NCBI GenBank assembly: GCA_963663865.1
Contig: OY760686.1
Location: forward strand, 1,248,001 to 1,312,000
Origin: Spirochaetota bacterium
GTDB lineage: Bacteria; Spirochaetota; UBA4802; UBA5550
Direction of reading: 5' to 3'
DNA: 64,000 nucleotides
Positions within the stretch are counted from its first letter, which is position 1; each line of letters begins with the position of its first letter. The notes under the pieces were generated by a model. The model saw only the letters and a list, made by a program, of their open reading frames with translations, was not told where the DNA came from and ran no database searches. This document shows positions 30,346 to 39,329 of this stretch, piece after piece. The translations under genes and the position numbers were made by a program.

Positions 30346-31572
30346 TTATAGTGTTCCGTTGATCATTATTTCAAGAAGTCTGTGCGCCTGATCAATAAAA
30401 AGGCCGGTTGTTGAAGAGTCTACTTCATTGAAACGAGGGGCAGTTTTGCCTGCAAGGCTGCCGTCAGTCCAGCCTCCGGTTCTCTGCATGCAGAATGGAA
30501 CCGGGTCGGAGGTGTGAGTTCGGATTGAAACCGGTGTAGGATGGTCGGGCATGATCAGAAGGGAGTACTTGTCGTAAGAGGAGACGGTTTCCAGAACCGG
30601 GCCGACTATTTTTGAATCAAAGTCCTCAATGGCTCTCAGCTTGTGTTCCAGGCTCCCTTCATGGCCTGACTCGTCAGGCGCTTCAACGTGCAGATACACA
30701 AAATTACCTTTTTTCAGTGCTGACTTGAGCGCATTCGACTTTCCGGAATAGTTTGTGTCGATGTATCCGGTAGCCCCATTGACAGGATAGGGGCTAAGAC
30801 CGGCCGCGCGTCCGATTCCGTGGATGAGGTCAACCGCAGAAATGGTATATCCGTTCAGACCGAAGCGCTGTTCCAGTGTCGTAACTGCCGGTTTGCGTCC
30901 GCCTCCCCAGAGCCAAATGGATGTCGGATTCCCCCTGTACTTGCCTTCAGCTTCTTTTACTGCAGCTGACTCAGATATTATACGCGAGGACAGTGCCATC
31001 AATTCGCGTAATACATCTGCACCGCCGCCTTCCGGAAGATATGGCTGAATTTCTCGATCGGTTATATCATGCGGCGGGGTCGTGGATGTAATCTCAGAAA
31101 ATGGGAAGTTCCGCCAGATTACAATGTTTCTGTATGAAACCCCGGGATAGAATTCGATTCCATCTATTTTGATATTGGCACGGAGCTCATCAATGATGAT
31201 CCGGGTGAAGTCGGAATCAATGTGGTCGGAACTGAAGTCAGCCATTACATCGCCGGAAAGGTTGACAAGGTTGCAGCGAAAAGCAGCGTCATTCGGTCCG
31301 AGTTCAATTCCCATATTCAGGGCTTCGAGAGGGGCCCGGCCCGTATAGAATTTTTCAGGATTATAACCGAAAACAGAGAGATTGGCCGTATCGCTTCCCG
31401 GCTGCATCCCGTCCGGAACTGTTTTTGCCATACCGGTGATTCCCTCTGAGGCGACTCTATCCATGTTGGGGGTCGAGGCGTATTGCAGAGGGGTCCTTCC
31501 GCCCAGAGAATCTATTGGAAGGTCAGCCATACCGTCTCCCAGGAGTACAATAATTTTTCTTTCCTCTGTCAT
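30346..31572 (-). CDS. apgM: Cofactor-independent phosphoglycerate mutase, archaeal type
   Basis: GDGMAD, TPLQYA.TPNMD, PGSDTAN, HVEAPDESGHEG, PDHPTP..RTH. Confidence 0.92.
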   Translation of the reverse strand: MTEERKIIVLLGDGMADLPIDSLGGRTPLQYASTPNMDRVASEGITGMAKTVPDGMQPGSDTANLSVFGYNPEKFYTGRAPLEALNMGIELGPNDAAFRCNLVNLSGDVMADFSSDHIDSDFTRIIIDELRANIKIDGIEFYPGVSYRNIVIWRNFPFSEITSTTPPHDITDREIQPYLPEGGGADVLRELMALSSRIISESAAVKEAEGKYRGNPTSIWLWGGGRKPAVTTLEQRFGLNGYTISAVDLIHGIGRAAGLSPYPVNGATGYIDTNYSGKSNALKSALKKGNFVYLHVEAPDESGHEGSLEHKLRAIEDFDSKIVGPVLETVSSYDKYSLLIMPDHPTPVSIRTHTSDPVPFCMQRTGGWTDGSLAGKTAPRFNEVDSSTTGLFIDQAHRLLEIMINGTL

Positions 31573-31626
31573 AATATACCCGGTTATTAATGTTATATTG
31601 CGTCCCTGAGTTCGGGGAGGGTGGTG

Positions 31627-32001
31627 CTATTTTGATTTTGACCTTTTCAGCATAAAGAGATAATGCTTAATGTAGGGCTGTAGACTTTCATGAAAAGATG
31701 AAAGGTCAATGCCAGTCGGTTCTTTTACAACGGCGGTGAGGCTTGTCTTGGTAATGTCCTCTTCGCAGGTATCAATCATGATTTTAAAACGTTTGATTAT
31801 CTCCCTGTCCACCGCGTCATGGGCCACTTTATTCATCTCTGTACAGAGCTTGGAAAGATTGGTCTTTTTTCTGGGCTTGGCTCTGTTTTTGCTCTCAGAG
31901 ACCGGTTTTTTTATAGCTGTTTTTTTGACCGCTGGTTTTTTAACCGCGGATGCTTTTTTCTTCACTACAGTCTTTTTTGAAGAAGTCTTCTTTTCTGTCA
32001 T
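31627..32001 (-). CDS. Hypothetical protein with Lys/Ala/Pro-rich N-terminal tail
   Basis: MTEKKTSSKKTVVKKKASAVKKPAVKK followed by a short helical domain; start set at 32001. Confidence 0.65.
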   Translation of the reverse strand: MTEKKTSSKKTVVKKKASAVKKPAVKKTAIKKPVSESKNRAKPRKKTNLSKLCTEMNKVAHDAVDREIIKRFKIMIDTCEEDITKTSLTAVVKEPTGIDLSSFHESLQPYIKHYLFMLKRSKSK

Positions 32002-32307
32002 TAAAATATCCCAATAAACGAAATATTTGATGATAATAAAAAAACTGCCTGTACTGTAAACACAATTTTCCAAAAAATCAGCCGGAGAATTTAAGATAAT
32101 ACCCCGACACAGCCTATATGTCAAATGTAACTATGCTAAAAAATTAGTATCCTTTCTGTAAAAATGGAGGAAAGTTGGTCGGGGCTGGCGTGGACAATGA
32201 AAATTATTGAATAAATTCTTTTTCCGCTCTGAGTTGAAGCCGACAATTAAACTGTGGTGTGAAATGAAAACACTGCATATACCTTCCACATATATCAGGA
32301 GAAAACA

Positions 32308-32439
32308 ATGAAATGCGTTAAGTGCGGCAAAGATCTTGAACAACAGCACTATTTTTTTGTTCCCGCCGAGCCGGGGAAAGCCGGAGGCCGGTTCTGCATA
32401 AAATGCGCGAGAGAGGAAAAAATAGTAACCCTGGTCTGA
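32308..32439 (+). CDS. 43-aa zinc-ribbon-like small protein (not in the ORF track)
   Basis: AGGAG RBS; MKCVKCGKDLEQQHYFFVPAEPGKAGGRFCIKCAREEKIVTLV with two CxxC motifs. Confidence 0.75.
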   Translation: MKCVKCGKDLEQQHYFFVPAEPGKAGGRFCIKCAREEKIVTLV

Positions 32440-32540
32440 TGTATGCGGGCTTGAGATTGGTCCCGGAAATTGTCCTTGTCATATCGGCGGGCGTTTGAAT
32501 TCTGTAACATGGCTTTTAATGAAGAGAGTGGAGTTCTGTC

Positions 32541-33356
32541 ATGTTGAGAATTATACCGGGGATAATTTTGACTGCCCTTGTGTCGACTGTATCGGTTTTT
32601 CCCGGAACTGACTTTCCAGAGAGGGCGGTATCTCTTTCGCCCTCAATAACGAGACAGATGATTGATCTGGGCCTCGGTGACAGGCTTGTGGGTGTCACCT
32701 CGTATTGTCCTGATTACGGTCACAGAGCACGAGTGGTCGGTACTCTTATGAACCCTTCCATCGAAAAAATAATCTCACTTACTCCGGATATCGTCTTATT
32801 CTCAGAAGAAGATTCAGCAATCCAGAAGACTTCCAGAATCATTTCGGCTGGAATGAAATGCAAAATGTTTCCATCAAACACGGACTTCCGGACACTGTGC
32901 AATAACTACATTGACCTCGCCGTGCTGTTCGGACGAAAAGAACTGGGTGAGCACAAGGTTAAGCTATATAAAAATAAATTGAAAAAAATCAGCCGCCGGG
33001 GAGCAATGACGGCCGTTTTTCTGGTATCTCAGCGTCCGCTTGTTACAGTTTCAGGTAAATCTTATATAGGCAGCATCCTTGAGGACGCCGGCCTGAAGAA
33101 TGCTTTTCAAGGTCTTGGAACGGCCTATCCCGTTGTGTCTGCTGAAGCTATTGTCCGCACCAGGCCGGATATAATAATCGTTATGAATGAAGGGCCCGCT
33201 TTTATAACAGAGCTGCTGAAGGGGTTTTCTTTGCCCGCCGTAATCAATAGGAGGATAGTGCAAATATCCGATGAAAACATCGCTTATTACACCCCGTCTG
33301 ACTATATAGCTTCAGTTAAACAGATATCAGCTATTGCAGGGAGCAGGCTGAAATGA
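32541..33356 (+). CDS. btuF: Cobalamin/iron-complex ABC transporter substrate-binding protein (BtuF-like)
   Basis: RAVSLSPSIT..LG.GDRLVGVT.YC.Y, PSIEKIISL.PD. Confidence 0.8.
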   Translation: MLRIIPGIILTALVSTVSVFPGTDFPERAVSLSPSITRQMIDLGLGDRLVGVTSYCPDYGHRARVVGTLMNPSIEKIISLTPDIVLFSEEDSAIQKTSRIISAGMKCKMFPSNTDFRTLCNNYIDLAVLFGRKELGEHKVKLYKNKLKKISRRGAMTAVFLVSQRPLVTVSGKSYIGSILEDAGLKNAFQGLGTAYPVVSAEAIVRTRPDIIIVMNEGPAFITELLKGFSLPAVINRRIVQISDENIAYYTPSDYIASVKQISAIAGSRLK

Positions 33357-34321
33357 AGCTTCCGAAAAAAACCGCCGCTGCTGTGTTTCTAACGGGGCTA
33401 ATCGCGGCAGCGCTGTGCCTTGGAGACAGGATATACAGTCCGCATGAAATGCTTACTATCTTAACAGGAGGCGGCGGAACAGATTACGATATATTGCTGA
33501 AACTTCGAATACCCAGGCTTTTAATGGGGCTTCTTGCGGGGGCGTCGCTTTCAGTGAGCGGCTGTGTTTTTCAGGCTCTTTTCAGAAATCCGCTTGCTGA
33601 GCCGTATATGCTGGGTGTTTCAGGCGGAGCGGCTGTAGGGTCCGCCGCTGCTATTGCGCTCTCGCTCCCCTTTGCCGCTGTTGTACTGTTTGCATTCGCT
33701 GGAAGCACAGCTGTAGTTTTAATAATCTTTGTTTTTTCAGCAAGGCTTTCATTCGGCTCAGCGCGACTGATCCTTGCCGGAATAGCCCTTGGCTTCATGT
33801 GTACGTCTGCGGTAATGATAATATATGCGTTTTCAGGGCCCGGAAGCGTTCACCGTGCTGTCATGTGGCTCATGGGTGATCTCTCAATGGCGCGTTACGA
33901 AATACTGGCCGCGGGGTCCGCTCTTTCGGCAATCTTGTTTTTTATTATTGCGGTTCATCACCGCCATCTTGATATAATATCATTCGGGGACAGGTTTGCT
34001 TCCGGTCTGGGAATATCAGCAGGTACGGAGAGATCGCTTTTTATGGCCGCTTCGGGCCTCGCCGCGGTAACAGTCGCGCTGGCCGGAGTAATAGGCTTTG
34101 TGGGTCTCATTGTCCCTCACATTATCAGGATGGTCTATGGTCCTGCTCACAGGCTGCTGCTTCCGCTGAGTGCGGCTGCCGGCGGAGTGTTTCTTGTAAT
34201 CGCGGACGCCGCGGGCAGGTCAGTTCTTCCGCCCTATGAGATACCTTCCGGAATAATCACCGGCCTGGCCGGCGGCGCCTTCTTTTTGATTTATACTCTT
34301 CAGGGCAGGGGAGTTGATTGA
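33353..34321 (+). CDS. btuC: FecCD/BtuC family ABC permease
   Basis: LRIPR, FQALFRNPLAEPY.LG, WLMGDLS, GFVGLIVPH. Confidence 0.85.
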   Translation: MKLPKKTAAAVFLTGLIAAALCLGDRIYSPHEMLTILTGGGGTDYDILLKLRIPRLLMGLLAGASLSVSGCVFQALFRNPLAEPYMLGVSGGAAVGSAAAIALSLPFAAVVLFAFAGSTAVVLIIFVFSARLSFGSARLILAGIALGFMCTSAVMIIYAFSGPGSVHRAVMWLMGDLSMARYEILAAGSALSAILFFIIAVHHRHLDIISFGDRFASGLGISAGTERSLFMAASGLAAVTVALAGVIGFVGLIVPHIIRMVYGPAHRLLLPLSAAAGGVFLVIADAAGRSVLPPYEIPSGIITGLAGGAFFLIYTLQGRGVD

Positions 34322-35124
34322 ACATACTATACGACATAGAAAGTTTGAAAGCAGGGTACTCGGCCAGCGATGTTCTGCGCGGTATAAGCTGCAAAATCGG
34401 CAGGGGCGAATTTGTATCAATAATCGGCCCTAACGGAGCGGGTAAGAGCACCCTGGTCAAGTCACTTTGCGGATTTATGAAGCGTTATCAGGGTAAAATC
34501 GACTTCTGCGGCGAAGAGATCGCTAAATGGAACAGAAAGGCCTTTTCCCGGCGAATCGCTGCTGTTTTTCCACGAGAAGCCTCAATGCCGGCTTACACGG
34601 TACATGATTTTGTATCCTTCGGGCTTTTTCCCGCGGGGACATATTTTTTTTGGGGGGGGGATGGAGCCTCAGGTGAAAGGTTGCTCGCCGCAATGCGCAT
34701 GTGCGGAATCGAGCATCTCGCCGGAAAGAGACTCAACGAGATATCTGACGGAGAATTCCAGCTCTCGCAGATAGCCCGCGCACTCGTGCAGAAGGCAGAA
34801 GCGCTGATTCTTGATGAACCGGTTTCCCACCTTGATCCGGCTAATGCCGTAAGGGTTATGGATACGCTCTACAGAATGCACAATGAGGGAGTGACGATTA
34901 TAGCGGTTCTTCATGACCTCAATCTGGCTCTTTCATACTCGGAAAGGATAATAGCTCTTAAAGCCGGGGAAATAGTCTACGACGGCCCGGCGGAAAATGC
35001 TGACGAAACTCTTCTGGAAAGGATTTACGGCACAAGGTTTGTCATGAACACCAACAGCGGCTTCACGGGCAGGCCCGCCGCGGTTGCACTGCCGGCTCAC
35101 TTAAAAGAAAAAAACGGCCCCTGA
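34318..35124 (+). CDS. btuD: FecE/BtuD family ABC ATPase
   Basis: GPNGAGKS, signature variant ISDGE, LILDEP, VLHDLN. Confidence 0.85.
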   Translation: MNILYDIESLKAGYSASDVLRGISCKIGRGEFVSIIGPNGAGKSTLVKSLCGFMKRYQGKIDFCGEEIAKWNRKAFSRRIAAVFPREASMPAYTVHDFVSFGLFPAGTYFFWGGDGASGERLLAAMRMCGIEHLAGKRLNEISDGEFQLSQIARALVQKAEALILDEPVSHLDPANAVRVMDTLYRMHNEGVTIIAVLHDLNLALSYSERIIALKAGEIVYDGPAENADETLLERIYGTRFVMNTNSGFTGRPAAVALPAHLKEKNGP

Positions 35125-35135
35125 GCAGGGCCGTT
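35113..35135. terminator. Probable terminator hairpin between convergent genes
   Basis: AACGGCCC-ctgagca-GGGCCGTT, with an A-tract on the left that gives a U-tract for the minus strand. Confidence 0.65.
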
Positions 35136-35144
35136 GTATTGTTT

Positions 35145-35804
35145 TTACCAGTCGTCGCTCTGACGGTCGGTGTATTTTTCTCTTACCATAGCGGTCAGAT
35201 CATCAAGGTAGAAGAACTGCCAGACCGGCTGAACGGTCCTGTTGGCGGGCCTGTACTGAATCTCCATAACCTTCATAGACCTCTTCTGGCTGAGGTAGTC
35301 GTCCTCCTGCTTGATGTCTGAGTCAAGCCTGACTATCATTTTGCGCCACCCGAGGAAATTTGTTGATCCCAGGATAATGCGGTGATTTCGTTTATCAGCG
35401 TCCTGCAGTATCAGCGAGATCTCACCGGCGAAGCGTTTTCCGTAAACCCAGAGTGAGAGTGTCCGGCAGTATTTGTTGATTATCAGTTCCTTTTCGGGTA
35501 TTATCTTGAAAACATCCCCGTACTTGCCGAACATCTTTACTCCAAGATACTTTTTGGAATTAGATACCGGAGCAGGGTAGACATCTCTTATGGCCAGTTC
35601 ACCCTTCTGGTTCCTTGTGACTGAAAACTTGAGGTTCTTCTCCGTTGTGAATTGTGTGGATTCAAAATCCTCAAGGACGGTTTCAAAGTATACCTTGTCC
35701 CCAATCTCTTCGGCTGTGGGCGGCGTCTTTGTGTTGTCGCTTTCCTGTGAATACGCAGGGATAATAAAGCAAAGTGTGAGAAAAAGTGCTGAGCTTCTTT
35801 TCAT
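35145..35804 (-). CDS. flaA: Flagellar filament outer-layer (sheath) protein FlaA
   Basis: Signal peptide, LEDFE, KYLGVK, LSLWVYG, NFLGWRK, FYLDDL; spirochaete FlaA pattern. Confidence 0.88.
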   Translation of the reverse strand: MKRSSALFLTLCFIIPAYSQESDNTKTPPTAEEIGDKVYFETVLEDFESTQFTTEKNLKFSVTRNQKGELAIRDVYPAPVSNSKKYLGVKMFGKYGDVFKIIPEKELIINKYCRTLSLWVYGKRFAGEISLILQDADKRNHRIILGSTNFLGWRKMIVRLDSDIKQEDDYLSQKRSMKVMEIQYRPANRTVQPVWQFFYLDDLTAMVREKYTDRQSDDW

Positions 35805-35856
35805 TTAGTCCTCCGATAGCGGCTGAATCAGCTGCGGGCTGTACCGTTCACTGATA

Positions 35857-35885
35857 ATCCTACTACTACGCCTGTTAAGTGTCAA
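35857..35885 (-). promoter_or_regulatory. Putative sigma-70 promoter of flaA
   Basis: Minus strand TTGACA (35885-35880), 17 nt spacer, TAGGAT (35862-35857). Confidence 0.6.
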
Positions 35886-36094
35886 TTAAATCTTAGCAGG
35901 TGACAGCAAAAAACATTACCGATCGACTCGCCATAATGAAATTATGACATGGTAAGATAAATGACTATTATCACTGGTTTTTCTTCACTTTTTGGTGTTT
36001 TTTTGTATTGTTCATTTTAAATAAATATTACTGTTGTAAAATATTAACAGGAGGGTAACATGACCGATTACGAAACAGAAAGGATCCTGGTTTG

Positions 36095-37717
36095 ATGTGT
36101 AAGGTTTTATTCAAGAGATTCCTTGTTCCGGTTTTATTCGTCTTAACCGTAGTCTCTTCAGCAGGAGCCGTTTCTACCGGAACGGACTGGTGGTGGTTTC
36201 TTTATGAAAAAGATATCTCAAGCATGGACAGCTTCACGGCTGTACGTCCATTTTACCTGAAGAATAAAAATCCGGCTGACAGGACTTCTTTTACTGCTTC
36301 AATGATGCCTTTCCTATTCTGGAGCTATTCGAAGCCTGAAAATACAAGTTCTTCAATGTTGTTTGGACTATGGAACTGGAATTCTCACGGCGTAACAGGT
36401 TCCGGGGCAGAGAAAGATCTTATCATGTTTCCCTTTGTCTACTACGGCCGTGGTGAGTCACCCGGCGATAATTATTTCATGCTATGGCCTCTGGGCGGAA
36501 CCGTCAGGGGCAAACTGGGCCGTGACAGGATAAGCACCTGGTTCTTTCCGGGATTTTTGCTTTTTTTCCTGTATCCTCCGGCATCGCTGTTTTCCTGGAC
36601 ATCGCTTGCGTATACCGCATTATCATTTGTACCCATATACTACAGCTATGAGCACCTCGACTACAAAGCACGGGGAATTCTCTGGCCTCTTGTGAGAATT
36701 GGAGGAAGCGCGAAGAGGGATGAATTCAGGATACTGCCCTTTTACTCGCATGCTTTCAAAAAAGACAGATATCAGAGATACTCTTTTCTCCTCTTGTTCA
36801 ACTATGAGGAAGTCTATTTCAGGCAGGACACGCGCTACATGTTTTTTGCGTTCCCTGTTCTGGGCCGCAAGTGGAGCGATTCAGGAAAAATATCCTCCTG
36901 GACAATTCTGTGGCCCTTTTTCGCCTGGGGATATGACCGTGACAGAGGGCACAGTGAGTACCATCTTCCATGGCCTTTTGTTCAGATCGGAGAGTCAGAT
37001 AGTCCCCGCATGAGGAAACGGATATTCTTTCCTTTTTACGGAAGCTATACTTATGAAGGAAATGAAACAATGTTTGTGACCCCGCTTTACTTCAGGCTTA
37101 CAAAAAAAACCTCTACATATAAGTCCGATTACCACACAGCGGCTCTAATATTCTGGTACCGAAAGAAAGACTTTATTAAGCCTGACGCCGAACACGGCAG
37201 CTGGTGGAGATATTTCAAGATGTGGCCTGTCTTCAGCCTTGAGTATGATGAATCAGGGGCGTTTTCTTTTAATACATTGTCGTTACTTCCAATGCGGGAT
37301 AAGGAAGGTTATGAGCGGATGTATGAGCCCCTCTGGTCAGTTTTCGAGTACAGAAATAACGGTAAGGGAGACAGAAGCATGGGGCTGCTCATGAGGACAT
37401 ACTTTCAGAGATGGGGAGATGACTATTTTGAAAACGCTGTGCCTTTCGTGTTCAGCTATAAATCGAGACATGGCAGAGTTGCCAGAATGAGCTTTCTGCC
37501 TTTCGGAATGTTTTCGTATGAACATAACAGTGAGGGGAAGACACTCTCCTTGTTCTGGTTCCCGATAAGTGTTGGTGATGCGGAGCCTGAAATGGCAAAT
37601 CTCCCGCCCGAAGAAGCCGAAGCTGTAAAAACTCACTATGGGCCGACAATATGTGTTAGCTCTTTTCAACAGTTCAGGGATGTTCCTGACACTTTCTCTT
37701 TCACGGGGAGGTTATAA
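36095..37717 (+). CDS. Exported aromatic/Pro-repeat hypothetical protein heading the mla operon
   Basis: Signal peptide ending AGA; many LWP/FP/PF repeats; 2 nt gap to mlaE. Confidence 0.7.
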   Translation: MCKVLFKRFLVPVLFVLTVVSSAGAVSTGTDWWWFLYEKDISSMDSFTAVRPFYLKNKNPADRTSFTASMMPFLFWSYSKPENTSSSMLFGLWNWNSHGVTGSGAEKDLIMFPFVYYGRGESPGDNYFMLWPLGGTVRGKLGRDRISTWFFPGFLLFFLYPPASLFSWTSLAYTALSFVPIYYSYEHLDYKARGILWPLVRIGGSAKRDEFRILPFYSHAFKKDRYQRYSFLLLFNYEEVYFRQDTRYMFFAFPVLGRKWSDSGKISSWTILWPFFAWGYDRDRGHSEYHLPWPFVQIGESDSPRMRKRIFFPFYGSYTYEGNETMFVTPLYFRLTKKTSTYKSDYHTAALIFWYRKKDFIKPDAEHGSWWRYFKMWPVFSLEYDESGAFSFNTLSLLPMRDKEGYERMYEPLWSVFEYRNNGKGDRSMGLLMRTYFQRWGDDYFENAVPFVFSYKSRHGRVARMSFLPFGMFSYEHNSEGKTLSLFWFPISVGDAEPEMANLPPEEAEAVKTHYGPTICVSSFQQFRDVPDTFSFTGRL

Positions 37718-37719
37718 CG

Positions 37720-38541
37720 GTGAACCTTTTTAAATACACCAGACCGGTAAATCTCAGCCTTAAAGAAAGGGTCAGAAGCATCGGAAGTTCCGCTCTCCAG
37801 AAGGTCCTCTTTACCGGCTATTGCGTGGTACTGTTGAGTAAAACGATTTTTTATCTAAAAAATATTTTTTCCCGCAGGCACGAGGTAATCAAGCAGATGT
37901 ATTTTACTGCGGTGAAAACACTTCCGGTCTTGACGATAGTCGGCGTTTTTACGGGAATGATTCTGGCGATTCAGACCGGTCTTGAAATGAAAAACTTCGG
38001 CCAGGAGAAATTCGTGGGCAGGCTTATTGTTGCCACACTGACAAGAGAAATGGGACCTTTCATAGCCGCTATTATCGTTATTGCTTCTGTCGGAGCCGCA
38101 ATAGCCGCAGAGATAGGCACAATGAAGGTTTCAGAAGAAATTGACGCTCTTGAGGTGATGTCGATAAGTCCTGTGAAGTTTTTAGTCATGCCCAGGGTAG
38201 TCGCTATGTCTCTTATGATGCCTGTTGCAGCTGTGTATGTGACTGTTGCCGGAGCCGTTGGAGGAGCAGTTGTGGCCGTCAATATCATCGGCGTTTCACT
38301 TGATGTCTATTATCAGCAGGCTCTGCTTGCCCTCAATTTCAAAGCGGTTTACGTGGGGCTGCTGAAGGCCTCCGTGTTTGGAATGCTCGCTGCTGTTTTG
38401 AGCTGTGCAAACGGACTTAAAGCGGAGAATGGCGCAATCGGTGTCGGAAAGGCTACGAGGGATTCTGTAGTAAACGCGTTTATCATGGTGCTTATTGTAG
38501 GATATTTTATAACCGGATTGTTTTTCAGAGGCAGGATATGA
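37720..38541 (+). CDS. mlaE: Mla/Mce ABC permease
   Basis: REMGP, GAAIAAEIGTMKVSEEIDAL, FLVMPR, GVGKAT..SVV. Confidence 0.93.
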   Translation: MNLFKYTRPVNLSLKERVRSIGSSALQKVLFTGYCVVLLSKTIFYLKNIFSRRHEVIKQMYFTAVKTLPVLTIVGVFTGMILAIQTGLEMKNFGQEKFVGRLIVATLTREMGPFIAAIIVIASVGAAIAAEIGTMKVSEEIDALEVMSISPVKFLVMPRVVAMSLMMPVAAVYVTVAGAVGGAVVAVNIIGVSLDVYYQQALLALNFKAVYVGLLKASVFGMLAAVLSCANGLKAENGAIGVGKATRDSVVNAFIMVLIVGYFITGLFFRGRI

Positions 38542-39284
38542 TTGAGCTCGTAAATGTAACAAAGGCATTTAACGGAGTAACTGTCCTGGATAATCTGTCC
38601 CTTAAGATTGAGCGGGGCGAAACCCTGGTCATAATAGGTATGTCCGGAACGGGCAAGACTGTGACGATAAGGCACATGTCGGGACTTCTTGAGCCGGATT
38701 ATGGAGAGGTTCTGATAGACGGAGTGCAGATTAACGGGGCTTCAGGAAATACCATTAAACAGCTCAGGGGGAAAATGGGGCTTGTGTTTCAGTCTGGAGC
38801 GCTTATTAACTGGCTGAATGTCAGGGAGAATGTGGCTCTTCCTCTTATTGAACGTGGGACCATGAAGAAGGATGAGGTTTACAGCAGAGTTGAGGACCGT
38901 CTGCGCCTTCTGCAGCTTGCGGACGCAGCGGATAAAATGCCCGCTGAGATAAGCGGAGGCATGAAGAAGAGGGTCTGTCTTGCACGAGTGCTTGTAAGAG
39001 AGCCGGAAATAATACTCTACGATGAGCCTACTTCCGGCCTTGATCCGGTCATGGCGACAGCCATAAACGTCCTTATAAAAAAAATGCAGGATGATTTCGG
39101 TGTAACTTCCGTTGTTGTTACCCACGATATGGAAAGCGCCTATTTTCTCGCTGACAGAATCGCGTTCTTGTATAAAGGCGAAATAGTACAGTGTGATATT
39201 CCTGAAAGAATCAGGGAATCGGAGCACCCTGTTGTCAGGCAATTCGTCCGTGGAGAGATTACCGGGCCGATCGATGTTTCCTGA
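38538..39284 (+). CDS. mlaF: Mla/Mce ABC ATPase
   Basis: GMSGTGKT, VFQSGAL, ISGGMKKRV, LYDEPTSGLDP, VRQF. Confidence 0.92.
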   Translation: MIELVNVTKAFNGVTVLDNLSLKIERGETLVIIGMSGTGKTVTIRHMSGLLEPDYGEVLIDGVQINGASGNTIKQLRGKMGLVFQSGALINWLNVRENVALPLIERGTMKKDEVYSRVEDRLRLLQLADAADKMPAEISGGMKKRVCLARVLVREPEIILYDEPTSGLDPVMATAINVLIKKMQDDFGVTSVVVTHDMESAYFLADRIAFLYKGEIVQCDIPERIRESEHPVVRQFVRGEITGPIDVS

Positions 39285-39329
39285 CAGGGGCAGGCTTTTT
39301 TAATACTTTATACTATATGGAGGTATGGC

